A stretch of DNA of 64,000 bases, taken from Escherichia phage vB_vPM_PD112. The position numbers were made by a program, and so were the translations under genes. Under the pieces are notes generated by a model that was not told the origin of the DNA, did not search any database, and saw nothing but the letters and a program-made list of their open reading frames with translations. Below are positions 57,754 through 64,000 of the stretch, one piece after another (positions within the stretch are counted from its first letter, which is position 1; each line of letters starts with the position of its first letter). The DNA lies in the sequence record NC_054928.1, one strand, 5' to 3'.

Positions 57754-59306
57754 GTAACAATACATATCAGCACGTATCAAATGAATCAAAATATGTTAAA
57801 TTCGATCCTACTGGATCGAATTTTCCTGACACTGTCACGACAGTGCAGTCTGCATTATCAAAAATAAGTAATATCGGTGTAAATGGTATTCCTGATGCAA
57901 CTATGGAAGTTAAAGGAATAGCAATGATTGCGTCAGAGCAAGAGGTTTTAGATGGAACTAATAATTCTAAAATCGTTACACCAGCTACATTAGCAACAAG
58001 ATTATTGTATCCAAATGCTACTGAAACTAAGTATGGTTTAACGCGCTATTCAACAAATGAAGAAACATTAGAAGGCTCAGATAATAATTCATCAATAACG
58101 CCGCAAAAACTGAAATACCATACTGACGATGTGTTCCAAAATAGATATTCGTCTGAGTCATCAAACGGGGTTATTAAAATATCATCTACACCTGCAGCTT
58201 TAGCTGGAGTTGATGATACTACAGCAATGACTCCATTAAAAACGCAAAAACTTGCAATAAAATTAATTTCACAAATAGCTCCTTCCGAAGATACTGCATC
58301 AGAATCTGTGAGAGGTGTAGTTCAATTATCTACTGTTGCGCAAACTCGTCAAGGAACTCTCCGCGAAGGATATGCAATTTCTCCGTATACCTTTATGAAT
58401 TCTGTTGCAACACAAGAATATAAGGGTGTTATACGTTTAGGAACACAATCAGAAATTAACAGTAATTTGGGAGATGTTGCAGTAACAGGTGAAACACTAA
58501 ATGGTCGAGGAGCTACTGGTTCTATGCGTGGAGTAGTTAAATTAACGACGCAAGCCGGTATTGCCCCTGAAGGTGATAGCTCTGGTGCATTAGCATGGAA
58601 CGCAGATGTAATTAATACTCGTGGTGGACAAACTATTAATGGTTCTTTAAATTTAGACCATCTTACAGCAAACGGAATTTGGTCGCGTGGCGGAATGTGG
58701 AAAAATGGCGATCAACCTGTTGCCACTGAAAGATATGCGTCCGAAAGGGTTCCAGTTGGAACTATTATGATGTTTGCGGGTGATTCAGCACCTCCGGGTT
58801 GGGTTATGTGCCACGGCGGAACCGTGTCAGGAGATCAATATCCTGATTATAGAAACACAGTTGGAACAAGATTTGGTGGTGATTGGAATAACCCTGGCAT
58901 TCCTGATATGCGAGGTCTTTTCGTCAGAGGAGCTGGCACAGGAGGTCATATTTTAAATCAACGAGGACAAGATGGTTACGGGAAGGATAGACTTGGTGTA
59001 GGATGTGACGGAATGCATGTTGGTGGTGTTCAGGCACAACAAATGTCATACCATAAACATGTTGGTGCCTGGGGGGAAAATGGAAATAACAGAGGTTATG
59101 CACCGTTTGGCGCATCTAATGGCAGTGGATATTTAGGCAATGGTAGAAGCGCCGACTGGGACAACCATTTGTTCTTTACTAACGACGGATTTGAAATGGG
59201 TGGTGCTCGTGACTCGTTTGGCACGTTAAACCGTGAAGGATTAATTGGTTATGAAACTAGACCATGGAATATATCATTAAACTATATTATTAAAATTCAT
59301 TACTAA
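57750..59306 (+). CDS. 12: short tail fiber protein gp12
   Basis: 518 aa (T4 527); repetitive N-terminal shaft, His-rich C-terminal head. Confidence 0.9.
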   Translation: MSNNTYQHVSNESKYVKFDPTGSNFPDTVTTVQSALSKISNIGVNGIPDATMEVKGIAMIASEQEVLDGTNNSKIVTPATLATRLLYPNATETKYGLTRYSTNEETLEGSDNNSSITPQKLKYHTDDVFQNRYSSESSNGVIKISSTPAALAGVDDTTAMTPLKTQKLAIKLISQIAPSEDTASESVRGVVQLSTVAQTRQGTLREGYAISPYTFMNSVATQEYKGVIRLGTQSEINSNLGDVAVTGETLNGRGATGSMRGVVKLTTQAGIAPEGDSSGALAWNADVINTRGGQTINGSLNLDHLTANGIWSRGGMWKNGDQPVATERYASERVPVGTIMMFAGDSAPPGWVMCHGGTVSGDQYPDYRNTVGTRFGGDWNNPGIPDMRGLFVRGAGTGGHILNQRGQDGYGKDRLGVGCDGMHVGGVQAQQMSYHKHVGAWGENGNNRGYAPFGASNGSGYLGNGRSADWDNHLFFTNDGFEMGGARDSFGTLNREGLIGYETRPWNISLNYIIKIHY

Positions 59307-59315
59307 GGATTACAA

Positions 59316-60773
59316 ATGATTGAATTAAAAGAGTTACCTTTTGTTGATAGCGTTCCTGGCGAAGGCCAGGAACGTATTTCATGGATTAAAAACGGTGAAG
59401 AAATACTAGGAGCTAGTACTAAGTATGGAAGCGATGGGTCAATGAATAGACCAACTGTTTCCGTGTTTAAAAATGTCGAGGTTCTCGATGAAAATGTAGG
59501 AATTCTTAAAACTGCCATTGAAACATCTCAGGAAGATATTAAAACCATTCAAGGCATTTTAGATGTATCAGGAGATATAGAAGCGCTATCACAGATCAGT
59601 GTTAATAAAAATGATATATCAAATTTAAAGACACTCACGAATGAACATACTGATATATTAAATGGCACAAATACTACGGTTGATAATATTCTTTCTGATA
59701 TTGGTCCATTTAATTCGCAAGCAAATTCAGTTTATAGAACGATTAGAAATGATTTATTATGGATTAAAAGGGAATTAGGACAATATGCTGGGCAAGACAT
59801 TAATGGTCTTCCTGTTGTAGGAAATAGCAGCACGGGTATGAAGCACCGCATCATTAATAATACAGATGCTATAACTTCCCAAGGAATACGTCTAAGTGAT
59901 TTGGAAGAAAAATTTATTGAATCTGATGTAGGTTCACTGACAATTGAAGTCGGAAATCTTAGACAAGAACTTGGACAAAGACCATCTTCATTCAGTGAAA
60001 GCATATATTCACGTGTGCATAATTTAGATCAATCTCAGATTAATCTTAGTTCCGAAATTAAATCTATCAAAACTTCTATTGGATATCCAGGAAATACTTC
60101 AATAATCACAGATGTTAACACTAATACACGAGAAGTTTCAGCTTTAAATGATGAACTAAATAAAAGCGGAGGTATTAAACAACGATTGACTGTCATTGAA
60201 ACGTCAATTGGCTCAGATGATATTCCTTCTAGTATTAAAGGTAGAATTAAAGATAATACCACATCAATTGAGTTTTTAAATGGAATTGTTGGTGAAAACA
60301 CTTCATCTGGACTACGAGCAAATGTTTCATGGCTAAACCAAATCGTTGGAACTGATTCTAGTGGAGGTCAGCCTTCTCCTCCTGGGTCTCTTTTAAATAG
60401 GGTTTCAACTATTGAAACCTCTGTTAATAGATTGAACAATGATGTTCAAAACTTACAAGTTGAAATTGGTAATAACAATTCCGGAATTAAAGGCCAAGTT
60501 GTTGCACTAAATAAACTAGTAAGCGGCACAAATCCAAATGGTTCAACGGTAGAAGAGCGCGGATTAACTAATTCAATAAAAGCTAATGAAACTAACATTT
60601 CTTCTATTAATCAAGAAATGCGTAGTATTAAAAGTAATGTATCTTCATTACAGGGGGATGTTCAGACTTTACAGGAAGCAGGTTATATCCCTGAAGCTCC
60701 AAAAGATGGCCAAGCTTACGTTCGTAAAGACGGCGAATGGGTACTACTTTCTACCTTTTTATCACCAGCATAA
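59316..60773 (+). CDS. wac: fibritin (whisker) Wac
   Basis: 485 aa coiled coil; C-terminal foldon [27 protein letters not shown]. Confidence 0.9.
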   Translation: MIELKELPFVDSVPGEGQERISWIKNGEEILGASTKYGSDGSMNRPTVSVFKNVEVLDENVGILKTAIETSQEDIKTIQGILDVSGDIEALSQISVNKNDISNLKTLTNEHTDILNGTNTTVDNILSDIGPFNSQANSVYRTIRNDLLWIKRELGQYAGQDINGLPVVGNSSTGMKHRIINNTDAITSQGIRLSDLEEKFIESDVGSLTIEVGNLRQELGQRPSSFSESIYSRVHNLDQSQINLSSEIKSIKTSIGYPGNTSIITDVNTNTREVSALNDELNKSGGIKQRLTVIETSIGSDDIPSSIKGRIKDNTTSIEFLNGIVGENTSSGLRANVSWLNQIVGTDSSGGQPSPPGSLLNRVSTIETSVNRLNNDVQNLQVEIGNNNSGIKGQVVALNKLVSGTNPNGSTVEERGLTNSIKANETNISSINQEMRSIKSNVSSLQGDVQTLQEAGYIPEAPKDGQAYVRKDGEWVLLSTFLSPA

Positions 60774-60805
60774 CATGGGGCCGCAAGGCCCCAAAGGATT
60801 TTTAA

Positions 60806-62507
<1,702 letters not shown>

Positions 62508-62548
62508 TAAATATTATAAACTAATTAAAGCCCAGATTAGGAGAAATC

Positions 62549-64000
<1,452 letters not shown>

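Overview
64-kb segment of a T4-like (T-even, Tevenvirinae) coliphage genome, AT-rich, colinear with T4 genes 46 through 17. Positions 1-43853 are almost entirely minus-strand early/middle genes: recombination nuclease gp46/gp47, alpha-glucosyltransferase, late sigma factor gp55, anaerobic ribonucleotide reductase nrdD/nrdG with glutaredoxin and thioredoxin, endonuclease VII, a hypervariable block of small and mid-size ORFs between nrdC and tk, lysis-inhibition rI, thymidine kinase, regB, a GrcA-like glycyl-radical cofactor, capsid-targeted internal proteins, lysozyme e, nudE, a tRNA cluster (Leu-Gly-Pro-Ser-Thr-Ile, segB, Arg) with homing endonucleases, 57B (Acb1), 57A, dNMP kinase and gp3/gp2/gp4. 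From 43901 the plus strand carries the late baseplate/tail-fiber/neck/terminase genes (gp53, gp5, gp6-gp12, wac, gp13-gp17). The most notable deviation from T4 is a 678-codon unassigned ORF translationally coupled between gp5 and gp6, next to a divergent gp5 needle tip. Other accessory candidates are an operon ending in a Pol-beta-type nucleotidyltransferase, a macrodomain protein and variable internal-protein cassettes. All homology statements rest on recalled T4 protein sequences and lengths, not on database searches. The ORF track accepts GTG/TTG starts, so several starts were moved to the first plausible ATG; RNA and promoter coordinates are approximate to a few bases.
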